Virus record (IMG/VR): IMGVR_UViG_3300017914_002862
Location: 1-33,319 of that record
DNA from: a virus
Lineage: Duplodnaviria > Caudoviricetes
Length of the DNA: 33,319 nucleotides
Direction: 5' to 3' (one strand)
Below, piece by piece: positions 8,603 to 18,542 of the stretch; the first letter of the stretch is position 1, and each line of letters starts with the position of its first letter. Both the position numbers and the translations under genes were made by a program. The notes under the pieces were generated by a model. It ran no database searches, was not told the origin of the DNA, and was given only the letters and a program-made list of their open reading frames with translations.

Positions 8603-8634
8603 AAAGGTCTGTTATTTTTAACAGGCCTTTTTTT
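8603..8634 (+). terminator. Rho-independent terminator
   Basis: Stem aaaggtctgtta / taacaggccttt (one G-U pair), 4-nt loop, then a T-tract. Confidence 0.88.
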
Positions 8635-8665
8635 ATGACATTATAACCCATTTTTTCTTTTTTGA

Positions 8666-8671
8666 TAAATA
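8666..8671 (+). promoter_or_regulatory. Candidate late promoter core (TAAATA)
   Basis: gATAAATA about 65 nt upstream of the ATG at 8734. Confidence 0.65.
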
Positions 8672-8733
8672 CTTGTAGATAGATTTATGCGGTACCCGCC
8701 GCGTAGACCTAGAACGTCAAAGGAGATAAAACA

Positions 8734-9168
8734 ATGGGAAGACCAATTAACAAAGACAAAATTGGATACGGAACAGGACGTATCGCAGTAAGTCGTCACT
8801 TTTTTACAGGTGGTTCTGAAGCAGCAACAGCAGCACATATTGTAAGACAAGCAGGTAACAACAAATTTGTTGTACGTCTTGATTCAAACAATGATGGAAA
8901 TGGACCGTTCTCACCAAGATCACACGCAAGTGACGAGGTGTTGACACTAGTAAACAAAGCAGACGGTGCATTAGTAGCAGGTGAGTTTAAAATTGACGCT
9001 GTAGGTTCAGATTCAACAACTTATCAAGTTACAAAGTTGAAAAACAGAACCGTTCAAGTTGAAGGTAATGACAATGTTATCTATGGTATTGGTGCTGACA
9101 GAGATGGAGACGAGATTTCGGGTCATACGAACATGTCTTTATCAGTAAGCCTACCATCGCAATCATAA
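8734..9168 (+). CDS. Putative virion structural protein (144 aa)
   Basis: Late promoter, strong SD AAAGGAG and capsid-like codon bias. Beta-rich composition. Function not recognised. Confidence 0.7.
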   Translation: MGRPINKDKIGYGTGRIAVSRHFFTGGSEAATAAHIVRQAGNNKFVVRLDSNNDGNGPFSPRSHASDEVLTLVNKADGALVAGEFKIDAVGSDSTTYQVTKLKNRTVQVEGNDNVIYGIGADRDGDEISGHTNMSLSVSLPSQS

Positions 9169-9179
9169 GGATAGCATAA

Positions 9180-10283
9180 ATGGCTAGTAGTAAGGTTCTC
9201 AACTATGGTGTAGATGCCTACACACTCAAACTAAACGATAACGCAGCCTTTACCATTGATACTGGTGCAGGCCAAGGTAGTGTGACAATTACAGGTGACT
9301 TATCAGTTACTGGTGAAATTACACAAACTGAAGTAAACGAAGTTGTAGTTAGAGACAGAACAATTACAGTTAACGATGGAGAATCAGCTAACGGGATTAG
9401 TCCTGCAGGTGATACTTCACAACTTGCTGGTTTAATTGTTGATAGAGGGAACCTTACTGATGCCTCATTTATATACGATGAAAAATTAAGTTTTTATAAT
9501 TCAGAAACAGGAACAGAAGATGCCAATGCAGGTGCATTTGCATTGAAAGTCAAAGCCGGTGATACTGGTGGCGAAACTGGAGGTCTTGTAGGTTTGTACA
9601 CAAACTTTATTGGTACACACAATGATACTGACTTGGTCCTAATTGGATCAAACAGTAACACTGGTAAAGTGACAGTTACAAATACAACAAACTACGAAAG
9701 AAACATTTATCCTTATACAGGTGCTAATATTACACAGCAACCTAATTCAGAAGATAAACTAACACCAGAAGGCGATCCTGATTTTGACGATGATGCAATT
9801 CCTAACGTAAGATTAATGATTGATTACGTTAGAGGCTATCATGATTATAACTTCCAGGATGAAATTAGAAGTGAAACTGATACAAGTGTTAAAGTAAGTG
9901 ACTATGAAACTGACAGTAGTCAAGTTAGTCAAGCTAATGTGATTATCGACGGTGTTGAAGTTGCAACTTTTAAACAGGCGAAAATTACATTTACTGATAT
10001 TGAATTTGATACAAATCAAATTCAACCTGTATCAACTAACGGTAATTTGGTTCTTAGAGGTAACACTGAAGGTAAAGTACAATTTGATACACCTTTAACT
10101 ATTCCAAAGTATACCGATATTACACCAGGTGAAACAGATCCTGATGCACCAACTGATGGTGTAACAATTTATACTAAAGAAGAAGCTGACGGAGGAACAG
10201 GCTTATTTTTCATCAACGAAAACTCAACTCAAGACGAAGTCATTAGCAGGAACAAAGCCCTGCTGTACAGTATTATTTTTTAA
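9180..10283 (+). CDS. Putative virion / fibre-associated structural protein (367 aa)
   Basis: Fibre-type motifs VTITGDLSVTG and V-x-DRTITVNDGE...AGLIVDRG. Thr/Gly/Asp-rich. Confidence 0.65.
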   Translation: MASSKVLNYGVDAYTLKLNDNAAFTIDTGAGQGSVTITGDLSVTGEITQTEVNEVVVRDRTITVNDGESANGISPAGDTSQLAGLIVDRGNLTDASFIYDEKLSFYNSETGTEDANAGAFALKVKAGDTGGETGGLVGLYTNFIGTHNDTDLVLIGSNSNTGKVTVTNTTNYERNIYPYTGANITQQPNSEDKLTPEGDPDFDDDAIPNVRLMIDYVRGYHDYNFQDEIRSETDTSVKVSDYETDSSQVSQANVIIDGVEVATFKQAKITFTDIEFDTNQIQPVSTNGNLVLRGNTEGKVQFDTPLTIPKYTDITPGETDPDAPTDGVTIYTKEEADGGTGLFFINENSTQDEVISRNKALLYSIIF

Positions 10284-10294
10284 AGGAAGACAAA

Positions 10295-10627
10295 ATGGCA
10301 ATAAACAGCACTCTAATTGGAGCAACAGACACAACCATTCTTACTGTACCTGCTGACAAAAAGTATGCTGTTACAACTCTTTTGGTTTGCAATTATGCGT
10401 CAACCACCGATGCATCTAATAATAGTTCATTTAGTATGCATGTGATTTTAGGATCAGGCGGTACAAAAAGCAATACAAACCTAGTGTTGAACGAAGTCGA
10501 AATGACTGCACAGGATACCTTTAGTTTCAATACTGAAAGATTGATTTTAGAAGAAGGTGATAGAGTAGTTTTGATTAGTCCAGACTCTGATAAACTATCA
10601 GCAACAATTAGTTACTTGGAAGTGTAA
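10295..10627 (+). CDS. Small beta-rich virion structural protein (110 aa)
   Basis: Pattern TVPADK...LLVCN...RLILEEGD...ISYLEV is typical of small proteins next to fibre genes in T4-like phages. Its stop abuts the next ATG (TAAATG). Confidence 0.65.
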   Translation: MAINSTLIGATDTTILTVPADKKYAVTTLLVCNYASTTDASNNSSFSMHVILGSGGTKSNTNLVLNEVEMTAQDTFSFNTERLILEEGDRVVLISPDSDKLSATISYLEV

Positions 10628-13600
10628 ATGCAATATTTAAAGAAGCAGGTTTTATATGAAAGAAAGGTTGGAGACCGTCAGTTAGTTGTTGAAAATGACG
10701 GTACAATTGAATTCAACCCTGGCAGTGGCACTGTTAAAATCGCAGGTGACCTAGAGGTTACTGGACAAAGTTCAGGGTTTACAGACCCTAAAGTTTATTA
10801 TGTAAGTTTGCAAGGTAATGATGATAACGACGGCTTAGCAGGCGGCGCATCACGTGCAAAAAGAACAATTAAATCTGCTGTAGAAGCAGCACCAGAAGGC
10901 GCAACTATTAAAGTTAGTGCCGGCGACTTCTACGAAGAAAATCCTATCACACTTAAAGAACGCCAAACTGTGCGTGGTGATAGTTTACGTAACACACAAA
11001 TTTATCCAAAAAACAACACGCAAACTATTTTTTATGTAGACAATGCATGTTATCTTTTCCAACTTACATTCCGTGCATTGAGAGATCCAGGTTGGTGTGT
11101 TGAAATCAAACCAAATGCACTTGTAACTGTTTCACCTTATGTTCAAAACTGTACCAACATGAACGGTCCATGGTTAAACGATGGTACAGAATTTATTCCG
11201 TTTAAAACAGAACAAATTGCCGGCGTACCGGCAGGTGCAAGACCAATTGAAAACGATCCAAATGTGCCATTGGCAAAACGTGTTAATACAACAGGCGGCG
11301 GTAATGGTATGCTTGTTGATGGTAATCAGTATGATCAGAAATCACTTGTATTTTCAATGGTTGCTGACGCATTTACACAGATTGCACAAGGCGGTATTGG
11401 TTTCCATATTACAAACTTTGGTTATACACAGATTGTTAGTTGTTTCTCGGTCTTTACACGTATTGGTTTCCAAGCTACAAAAGGTGGTTATCTTTCAATC
11501 TCGAACTCGGTATCTGACTTTGGTACATTTGCTATTATTGCAGACGGTGTATTTGACGAAGTGTATACAACAGCTCGTCCTGCACAAGATTATCGAAGTA
11601 AGGTTGGTAGTATCACTGTAAACAGTGGCGGTGCAGGTTATCAACAAGCACCAACTGTATCAATTGCAGAACCAGAAGATTCAACAGGTACTAGAGCAAC
11701 TGCAACTGCAACAATTGATGCTACTACTGGAGAACTCACTGGTATCACAGTGCAAAACCAAGGTGATGGTTACAAGTCAGTACCAACAATTACATTAACA
11801 GGCGGCGGATTTAGTGTTCCAGCTGAAGCAACTGCTAACCTATTAAAGAACCAACAAGTTACAGTTAACAGTTTACGTGATGTGCCACAAACAGGTAGTT
11901 TGATCAGTTTTGAAGGTGACTCACAAAAATATTATGTTACATCAACTGATATCACAACACGTCCATTTATTTACGACGAAGCAGTTTGTCGTAGAGACGT
12001 AAGACGCATTGTAGATGCTGTAATGGGTGATATTGTTATGGGTACTAATTATCAGTCATTGGCTGCTGGTAGAAGTTATCTAAGAGCAAACAGTGCAAAA
12101 GTTCTTAACCAACAGCAAGCACCAACAATATACGGTATTGAAGCAGCTAGAGACGAAGTTTTAGAAAGACTTCCTGACTATGAATCAAACAACGTTGATA
12201 TACGTTATGATATCATCGAACGTTTTGCAGAAATTACACAATTTATTGAAAACGAAGACAGTACCGCGGCACCAGATATTTTCTATAACGACGATACCGC
12301 AGTAACCGACGGTCACCACCATGCAAAAGATACACTTTTGTTAAACAAAGACTTTATTATCGAAGAAGTAATTGAGTATGTTAGTGATCAGTTTACAAAT
12401 CTAAGTTACAACCAAGACAAATGTGAAAGAGATGTAAGATTAGTTGTTCAAGCTATTGCAGACGATGTAATGCTTGGAACAGATTATAGAACAATTTACG
12501 CTGGGTTAGCGTATTTGAGAAAAAACAGTATTCGTGTTATTAATGACCAACTTACTGTTACCAAAGAAGCATATAAGAATGTAAGAGAAAAAATGTTAGC
12601 TCTTCCACAAGTTGTTGCAAGTCCTGTTGCTACATCTCGTGTAGAAAACTTGTTTACTGAATTTTTCGATATTCTAAATGGTAGCGATTACAGCAAAACA
12701 AAATGTCGCAGAGATTTGGGATTAATTTTTGATGCCGTACAGTACGACAGTTTGTTAGGCACAAACTACAACAGTGTTACAGCAGGTCTAAGTTATGAAA
12801 GAGCTCCTGCATATTATGTTATTGGTAGTCAATTTCAACAAACAGTTAGAGCAATCGAACGTGCTAGAGATTTAGCAGTAGCAGAAGCTGATGCAGATGC
12901 AACAGCTGAACAAAGAGTTGAAGATAATTTCCAAGAAATTATTGATATCATTACAATTGCAGACAGTTCACAAGATGATTCTACAATCAACAGAATTACA
13001 TGGAGCGATCCTGGTGCATTGTATCAAAATAAAACAAATGCACGTGAACAATTGCAAACAAACAGAGCATTTATTATCAGTGAATTAACAGCATGGATTG
13101 GCACAAACTATCCAGCACTAAACTATGATAGTGACAAGTGTGAAAGAGACACTGGATTTATTATCGACGCTGTTAGTCATGATGTGCAATACGGTGGTAA
13201 CTTTGCTACAAGAGGTGCAGCAAATGCATACTTTGAAGGTACAGCAGCACAACTACCTGCAGATCAACGTGCAGCAACAGCAGCAGCATATGAGCAGCTA
13301 AGTGTAATTTGTCAAAGCATTATTCTTGAAACATACGCTGGTCAAGACGTTACAGGTAATGCAGCATCAGCAACTGAACAAACAGAAATTGATGACTTGA
13401 TTACTATAATTGAAGATGTGATCACTGCAAATAGTGTATCAGGAATGCCTGCACTTGTTGAGCCAACAACAAGCTGGGTTGACTCAGATTTAAGCGATGC
13501 TATTGACGATGTACTAGCAGAAGAAGCAAATATTATTGACGAAGTAATTGCAGAAATTTTAGTTACAATTACAAATGCTGACACAGTTACGTTTCCTAAT

Positions 13601-16600
13601 CCAACTACAGTAATTCAACAAAAAGTTGATTCAAAAGATCAGTTGTTAGCCAACAAAGATTTTATGGTTGAAGATACAATACGCTTTATCGAAAACACAT
13701 ATCCTAACTTGGATTACGATGTTGACAGATGTCGCAGAGACACAGGCTATATCATTGATGCATTGGTATATGATTTGCTTTATGATTCAAATGAAGCAAC
13801 AAGACAAGCAGCACTTTCGTATTTTGTAGGCACTACAGGACAACTAGGCAGTGACGACGAAGAAACTGCAACAGCAGCAGCATATCAACACTTGCAAGGT
13901 TTGACTACTGGTGTAATTTTAGAAAGTGCAATCACAAGACAAACTGGTAACACACTTACACAAGATATCAGCGGAACACCAGGTACTGCTACACAAACAA
14001 GTAGAGTTTCAGATCTTATTGACATTATCATCGATGTTATTGAAGAAGACGACACAGACAATCTTCCAGGTGTAGACCGTCCAACATTTTCTTGGGTACA
14101 GAGTGATATTCAAGCAGCGGGTGTCGCAATTAGAGCAAAAGACGATGCATATGCTACAGAATCAACTGCATTTATTTTAGATAGATTCCCAGATTTTACA
14201 TATGACAGAGAAAAATGTAAACGTGACGTAGGATTAATTCTTGATGCTGTTACAAGAGACAGTCGTCTAGACACAAACCATAATAGTCTTGTTGCCGGTT
14301 TAGCATATCAAAGAGCAAGTGCTGCAACTTACAAAGCACAACAAATGCCAGCAACACTTATGGCTATTAGGGAAGCGAAACGTCTTGCACTGACTTATGT
14401 GCAAAATAGCAGCACTGCAATTACTAGAGTTACAGAAAACTTTGATCATGTTTTAGAAGCAATCGAATATGGCACTTTACCAAGTGAAGGATATAGCTAT
14501 CCTGCTCCAGGACCTGCTACACAAGCAAGAATTGATTCTGTCAGACTTATTCAAGCAAACAAAGATTTCTTAATTGAAGACACAATTCAATATGTAAATA
14601 ACCAATATTATATATACGACAGTGCTAAGTGTCGTAGAGATACAGAATTAATTTTGAAAGCTGTAACTGATGACTTACAAATGGGCACAAACTATAACAG
14701 TGTTACAGCAGGTTTGAGTTATTACAATGCCAATGCACAAAAAGTAATTGATGATCAATTAACAGAAACTATTGGTGCAATTACACACGCAAAAACACAA
14801 TCTTTAACTTATATCACAGATGATTCAGCAAGCACAACAACAGTTGGAAACTTGTTTGATGAAGTTTTGGATATTATTCAAAACGGTACAGGTAATGCTG
14901 ATGCTTTAACATTTACAAACCCGTTGTCAAATGCACAAGCAACAAATGCTCGCACACTGATGCAATTGAACAGAACTTTTGTTATCAACGAACTTATTTC
15001 ATGGATCAACACAAACTATCCAAATTTAGAATATGATCGAGACAAGTGTGAAAGAGACACAGGATATATCATTGATGCATTGAGCTATGACATTCAATAC
15101 GAAACTAACCAAGCAACAATTCAAGCTGCAAAACTTTACTATGAAGGAACTGCATCTCAACTTCCTTACAGCCAAAGATTTGCTACAGCAGCAGCATACG
15201 AACAACTAGGTGATATCCTTGGCGGTATTGTAATGGAAGAATACCCAGGACAAACCAACAACGGTGGTAGTATTGCAGACAGTGATATTGTTGAAGAAAT
15301 TGCTGGTCTTGCTAGTGAAGTATCAGAATCTATCACAGCAAATACAATTGCATTACTTCCAGATTCAATTGATTTAGATTTGAGCGGCACAAGTGCAGCA
15401 GCAATTGACAGTGCTGAAGATATCTATGTCACTAACAAAACTGCAATTTTAGACAGTGTTATCAACTACATTAGAACAACATACAATGGCTTTAGCTATG
15501 ATGAAACCAAATGTCGTAGAGACACAGGATATTTGATTGAATCTACCAGTCATGATTTGTTGTACGGTGGAAACAGAAGTAGTAAAATTTCTGCGCTGAG
15601 TTATTTTGACGACGGCGACAATCAAGTTTACGGACAGGAATCACAAACCAGTGCAGCATTGGTTCACTTGAAAAGTATTATTGATGACATCATTGAAGGT
15701 GCAGCAATTGTAGCTCAAACTGGCAACGATGAAACACAGGTAATCAACGGAACATTTGGTACAAGTGCAGATAGTACTATTGCACAAGAATTGTTAGACA
15801 TTACCATAGATGCAATTGATGCTGGCGACACAGACGATTTACCAGACGACGATGATCCTGATTTTGCATGGATTGATGCAAACTTAGAATCTGCTTTAAG
15901 TACACTCGATGATGCAAAATCAACTATACAAACAGGTGTAATTACATTTATTACAGAAAATATTATTGCATTTGATTATAATGAAGACAAGTGTCGTAGA
16001 GATACATCTTACATCTTTGATGCAGCAATTTATGACATGATGTATGGCGGTAATAAACAAACACGTAGAGCAGGTGAAGCATATTACAACAACAGTGTAA
16101 TTGACGGACAAGAAGCTATTACTGAGTTTACATACAAACATCTTGCAACAATGATGAGTAAACTTGCGCAAAACCAAGCATTTACAAAAACAAGTACAAA
16201 CTCAATTATTCGTGTGTATGGTACAAATGCAGGTACAGCAGATGCTGGAGCAAGTCTTAGTACAAACCTAAATAAAATTGCAGAAGTAATTCAATTAGGT
16301 GGAACAACGTATTTGCCAGATGAAGTAGATCACTTCTATACAACAATAGGTGATCAAGACTTGAATTTGAAGCGTAACGATGTTTTAAACGATCTAGATG
16401 ATATTGAAGACGAAGCAATTAGATTATTGAACTTGCAATATGGTGGTGTAGCAACACTTGATCTATTCCCAGCATTGCTTGCAGTAGACGAAGGCACACT
16501 TGCTAACATGGAAAACGTGTCAACAGTAAGTACTTCAGGACATGCATTTGAATACGTTGGCGCAGGCATTACATACAACGCACTTCCGTTCTTTGGTGGT

Positions 16601-18439
16601 AGTGCAATTGCTGCAAACGAATTTGTTGAAACAAATAATGGTAAAGTATTTGCAGGTGGTACAGTTGACCAAATTGGTAACTTCAAAGTTGGTAACTTCT
16701 TCAACGTAAACGCACTTACTGGCGCAATTACATTGAATGCTGAAGAAATTAACCTCAACGGTATTGCAAGTATTGGTCCATTTAAACGCTTTGGTATTCC
16801 GGTTGGTGTTGAACTAAAAGAAGTTAGCAATTCTAGTGACTTGACTGCTTCAACAGGTAGTGCAGATTCAAACACAGTGCCAACACAGATTGCAGTCAGA
16901 GACTATGTTGAAAATAGATACTTGAACAAGTTGACAGGCGGTACAGTTGAAGGTGATACAATATTTGCAGAAGATGTAGAAGTCAACGGTAGTGAAATAT
17001 CAACAACAAGCACAACATTTGACCTTTTCAACGACAATGCTAATACACTGAACTTTGCAGGCGGAACAACACAACTTACAATTGGTGCAGACGATATTGG
17101 TACATCTACGTTTAGACACAATGTAGTTGTTGACTTAGACCTTACTGTTGACGGTGGCGATATTAAAACCAATGTAACTGATACATTCAATCTATTGAAT
17201 GAAAATGCTTCTACTATCAATGCGTTTGGTGATGCAACTATTATTAATATGGGTGCAATTAGTACAGATAGTATTTTAACATTTAATAGTGAAATTGTTA
17301 TTTTTAACAGTGTAGGTACGTTACAAATTCCAGTTGGTACAACTGAACAACGTGGTGCAGACAGTACAGCAGCAATTGGTCAAATTAGATTCAATACAAC
17401 TGATAGTACATTTGAAGGTTACGATGGCGCTAACTGGGGCACACTAGGCGGAGTAAAAGATGTTGATCAAGATACATTTATACGTCCAGAAACAGTTCCA
17501 GGTGCTGATGAAGATGTGTTGGAATTCTTTACAGATGGTGTAGAAAGACTTACACTTTCTAACACCACACTGACATTAGACGATACTGTAAATGCAATCA
17601 TTCAAAGTGTAACTGGTAGTGATAGTTATGATACAGGTGCATTGACTGTTTTAGGTGGCGTTGGTATATCTGAGAACTTGCATGTTCAAGGTTGGATCGG
17701 CGGCGACACCAGCAACGAATTACAACTTACACGTTATGCAACTGATAAAGTTATTATTCCTGCAAACACAATTGAATCAACAGATCCGTGGACATTTGTT
17801 GTTGATGCAGCTGATAGTGCTACGGATAGTCTAATTAGACCATTGACATTAGCTCATCATAACCAAGCAGGCACTGCTGTTGCTGGTAGTGGTGTTGGTA
17901 TGAACTTCGAAATCGAAACTACCAATAACAACTATGTAACCGGTGCAAGAATTGATGTAATTAGTTTAGATGTTACAACTGGACAAGAAGACTTTGATAT
18001 GGTTATCACAACACATATTGAAGGAGCAGATGTTGAAAAAGTTCGTATTAGTGAAGATACAACAACTATCACAACTGATTTAAGAGTTAACGGAGCATTA
18101 ATAACTGATGGTATACTTGATGCAGCTGGCTTTACAGGTAGCTTGTTTGCAGACGATAGTACAGAGATTATTGATGCTGTAAACAACAAGTTGACTGTTG
18201 TAGATGGGGCTATCGAAACACTAACACTCACCAATGATCTTGAAGTGCAATACGGTGGTACTGGTAGAGGCAGCTTTATTAGACATGGTATCCTGTATGG
18301 TAATGATACAGGTGAGATTCTAGTGACAGATGCCGCAGGTAGCAGTGATACAAGCAACAGTTTCCAAATACTTACTATCACAGATAGTGGCGATGACACA
18401 CCAGTTTGGACTGATACAATTGACGGCGGAGAGTTCTAA
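10628..18439 (+). CDS. Giant virion/fibre protein (2603 aa): beta-helix-like domain, 10 Cys-containing helical repeats, fibre-like C-terminus
   Basis: YYVSLQGNDDNDG...RTIKSAV entry motif of pectin-lyase-like beta-helices. Ten C-x-R-D repeats. IPVGTTEQR...GQIRFNTT...FEGY fibre motif. Ends in IDGGEF. Confidence 0.8.
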   Translation: MQYLKKQVLYERKVGDRQLVVENDGTIEFNPGSGTVKIAGDLEVTGQSSGFTDPKVYYVSLQGNDDNDGLAGGASRAKRTIKSAVEAAPEGATIKVSAGDFYEENPITLKERQTVRGDSLRNTQIYPKNNTQTIFYVDNACYLFQLTFRALRDPGWCVEIKPNALVTVSPYVQNCTNMNGPWLNDGTEFIPFKTEQIAGVPAGARPIENDPNVPLAKRVNTTGGGNGMLVDGNQYDQKSLVFSMVADAFTQIAQGGIGFHITNFGYTQIVSCFSVFTRIGFQATKGGYLSISNSVSDFGTFAIIADGVFDEVYTTARPAQDYRSKVGSITVNSGGAGYQQAPTVSIAEPEDSTGTRATATATIDATTGELTGITVQNQGDGYKSVPTITLTGGGFSVPAEATANLLKNQQVTVNSLRDVPQTGSLISFEGDSQKYYVTSTDITTRPFIYDEAVCRRDVRRIVDAVMGDIVMGTNYQSLAAGRSYLRANSAKVLNQQQAPTIYGIEAARDEVLERLPDYESNNVDIRYDIIERFAEITQFIENEDSTAAPDIFYNDDTAVTDGHHHAKDTLLLNKDFIIEEVIEYVSDQFTNLSYNQDKCERDVRLVVQAIADDVMLGTDYRTIYAGLAYLRKNSIRVINDQLTVTKEAYKNVREKMLALPQVVASPVATSRVENLFTEFFDILNGSDYSKTKCRRDLGLIFDAVQYDSLLGTNYNSVTAGLSYERAPAYYVIGSQFQQTVRAIERARDLAVAEADADATAEQRVEDNFQEIIDIITIADSSQDDSTINRITWSDPGALYQNKTNAREQLQTNRAFIISELTAWIGTNYPALNYDSDKCERDTGFIIDAVSHDVQYGGNFATRGAANAYFEGTAAQLPADQRAATAAAYEQLSVICQSIILETYAGQDVTGNAASATEQTEIDDLITIIEDVITANSVSGMPALVEPTTSWVDSDLSDAIDDVLAEEANIIDEVIAEILVTITNADTVTFPNPTTVIQQKVDSKDQLLANKDFMVEDTIRFIENTYPNLDYDVDRCRRDTGYIIDALVYDLLYDSNEATRQAALSYFVGTTGQLGSDDEETATAAAYQHLQGLTTGVILESAITRQTGNTLTQDISGTPGTATQTSRVSDLIDIIIDVIEEDDTDNLPGVDRPTFSWVQSDIQAAGVAIRAKDDAYATESTAFILDRFPDFTYDREKCKRDVGLILDAVTRDSRLDTNHNSLVAGLAYQRASAATYKAQQMPATLMAIREAKRLALTYVQNSSTAITRVTENFDHVLEAIEYGTLPSEGYSYPAPGPATQARIDSVRLIQANKDFLIEDTIQYVNNQYYIYDSAKCRRDTELILKAVTDDLQMGTNYNSVTAGLSYYNANAQKVIDDQLTETIGAITHAKTQSLTYITDDSASTTTVGNLFDEVLDIIQNGTGNADALTFTNPLSNAQATNARTLMQLNRTFVINELISWINTNYPNLEYDRDKCERDTGYIIDALSYDIQYETNQATIQAAKLYYEGTASQLPYSQRFATAAAYEQLGDILGGIVMEEYPGQTNNGGSIADSDIVEEIAGLASEVSESITANTIALLPDSIDLDLSGTSAAAIDSAEDIYVTNKTAILDSVINYIRTTYNGFSYDETKCRRDTGYLIESTSHDLLYGGNRSSKISALSYFDDGDNQVYGQESQTSAALVHLKSIIDDIIEGAAIVAQTGNDETQVINGTFGTSADSTIAQELLDITIDAIDAGDTDDLPDDDDPDFAWIDANLESALSTLDDAKSTIQTGVITFITENIIAFDYNEDKCRRDTSYIFDAAIYDMMYGGNKQTRRAGEAYYNNSVIDGQEAITEFTYKHLATMMSKLAQNQAFTKTSTNSIIRVYGTNAGTADAGASLSTNLNKIAEVIQLGGTTYLPDEVDHFYTTIGDQDLNLKRNDVLNDLDDIEDEAIRLLNLQYGGVATLDLFPALLAVDEGTLANMENVSTVSTSGHAFEYVGAGITYNALPFFGGSAIAANEFVETNNGKVFAGGTVDQIGNFKVGNFFNVNALTGAITLNAEEINLNGIASIGPFKRFGIPVGVELKEVSNSSDLTASTGSADSNTVPTQIAVRDYVENRYLNKLTGGTVEGDTIFAEDVEVNGSEISTTSTTFDLFNDNANTLNFAGGTTQLTIGADDIGTSTFRHNVVVDLDLTVDGGDIKTNVTDTFNLLNENASTINAFGDATIINMGAISTDSILTFNSEIVIFNSVGTLQIPVGTTEQRGADSTAAIGQIRFNTTDSTFEGYDGANWGTLGGVKDVDQDTFIRPETVPGADEDVLEFFTDGVERLTLSNTTLTLDDTVNAIIQSVTGSDSYDTGALTVLGGVGISENLHVQGWIGGDTSNELQLTRYATDKVIIPANTIESTDPWTFVVDAADSATDSLIRPLTLAHHNQAGTAVAGSGVGMNFEIETTNNNYVTGARIDVISLDVTTGQEDFDMVITTHIEGADVEKVRISEDTTTITTDLRVNGALITDGILDAAGFTGSLFADDSTEIIDAVNNKLTVVDGAIETLTLTNDLEVQYGGTGRGSFIRHGILYGNDTGEILVTDAAGSSDTSNSFQILTITDSGDDTPVWTDTIDGGEF
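11960..16440 (+). repeat. Ten tandem ~150-aa protein repeats, consensus Y-D-x-x-K-C-x-R-D-x-G-x-I-x-D-A-x-x-x-D-x-x-x-G-x-N
   Basis: Cys codons at 11987, 12422, 12704, 13139, 13730, 14216, 14630, 15047, 15512 and 15992, spaced 94-197 aa apart. Confidence 0.93.
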
Positions 18440-18462
18440 ACTCCGCCATCATCCTTCTATGA

Positions 18463-18468
18463 TAAATA
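18463..18468 (+). promoter_or_regulatory. Candidate late promoter core (TAAATA)
   Basis: gATAAATA in the 103-nt gap between the two giant genes. SD AGGAGG at 18529-18534. Confidence 0.65.
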
Positions 18469-18542
18469 AATGTACAGCGATTTCTATCGTGTAGTTTGGG
18501 CGTCTTATGACTTGACCCGTACCTAACTAGGAGGCAGCCTTA

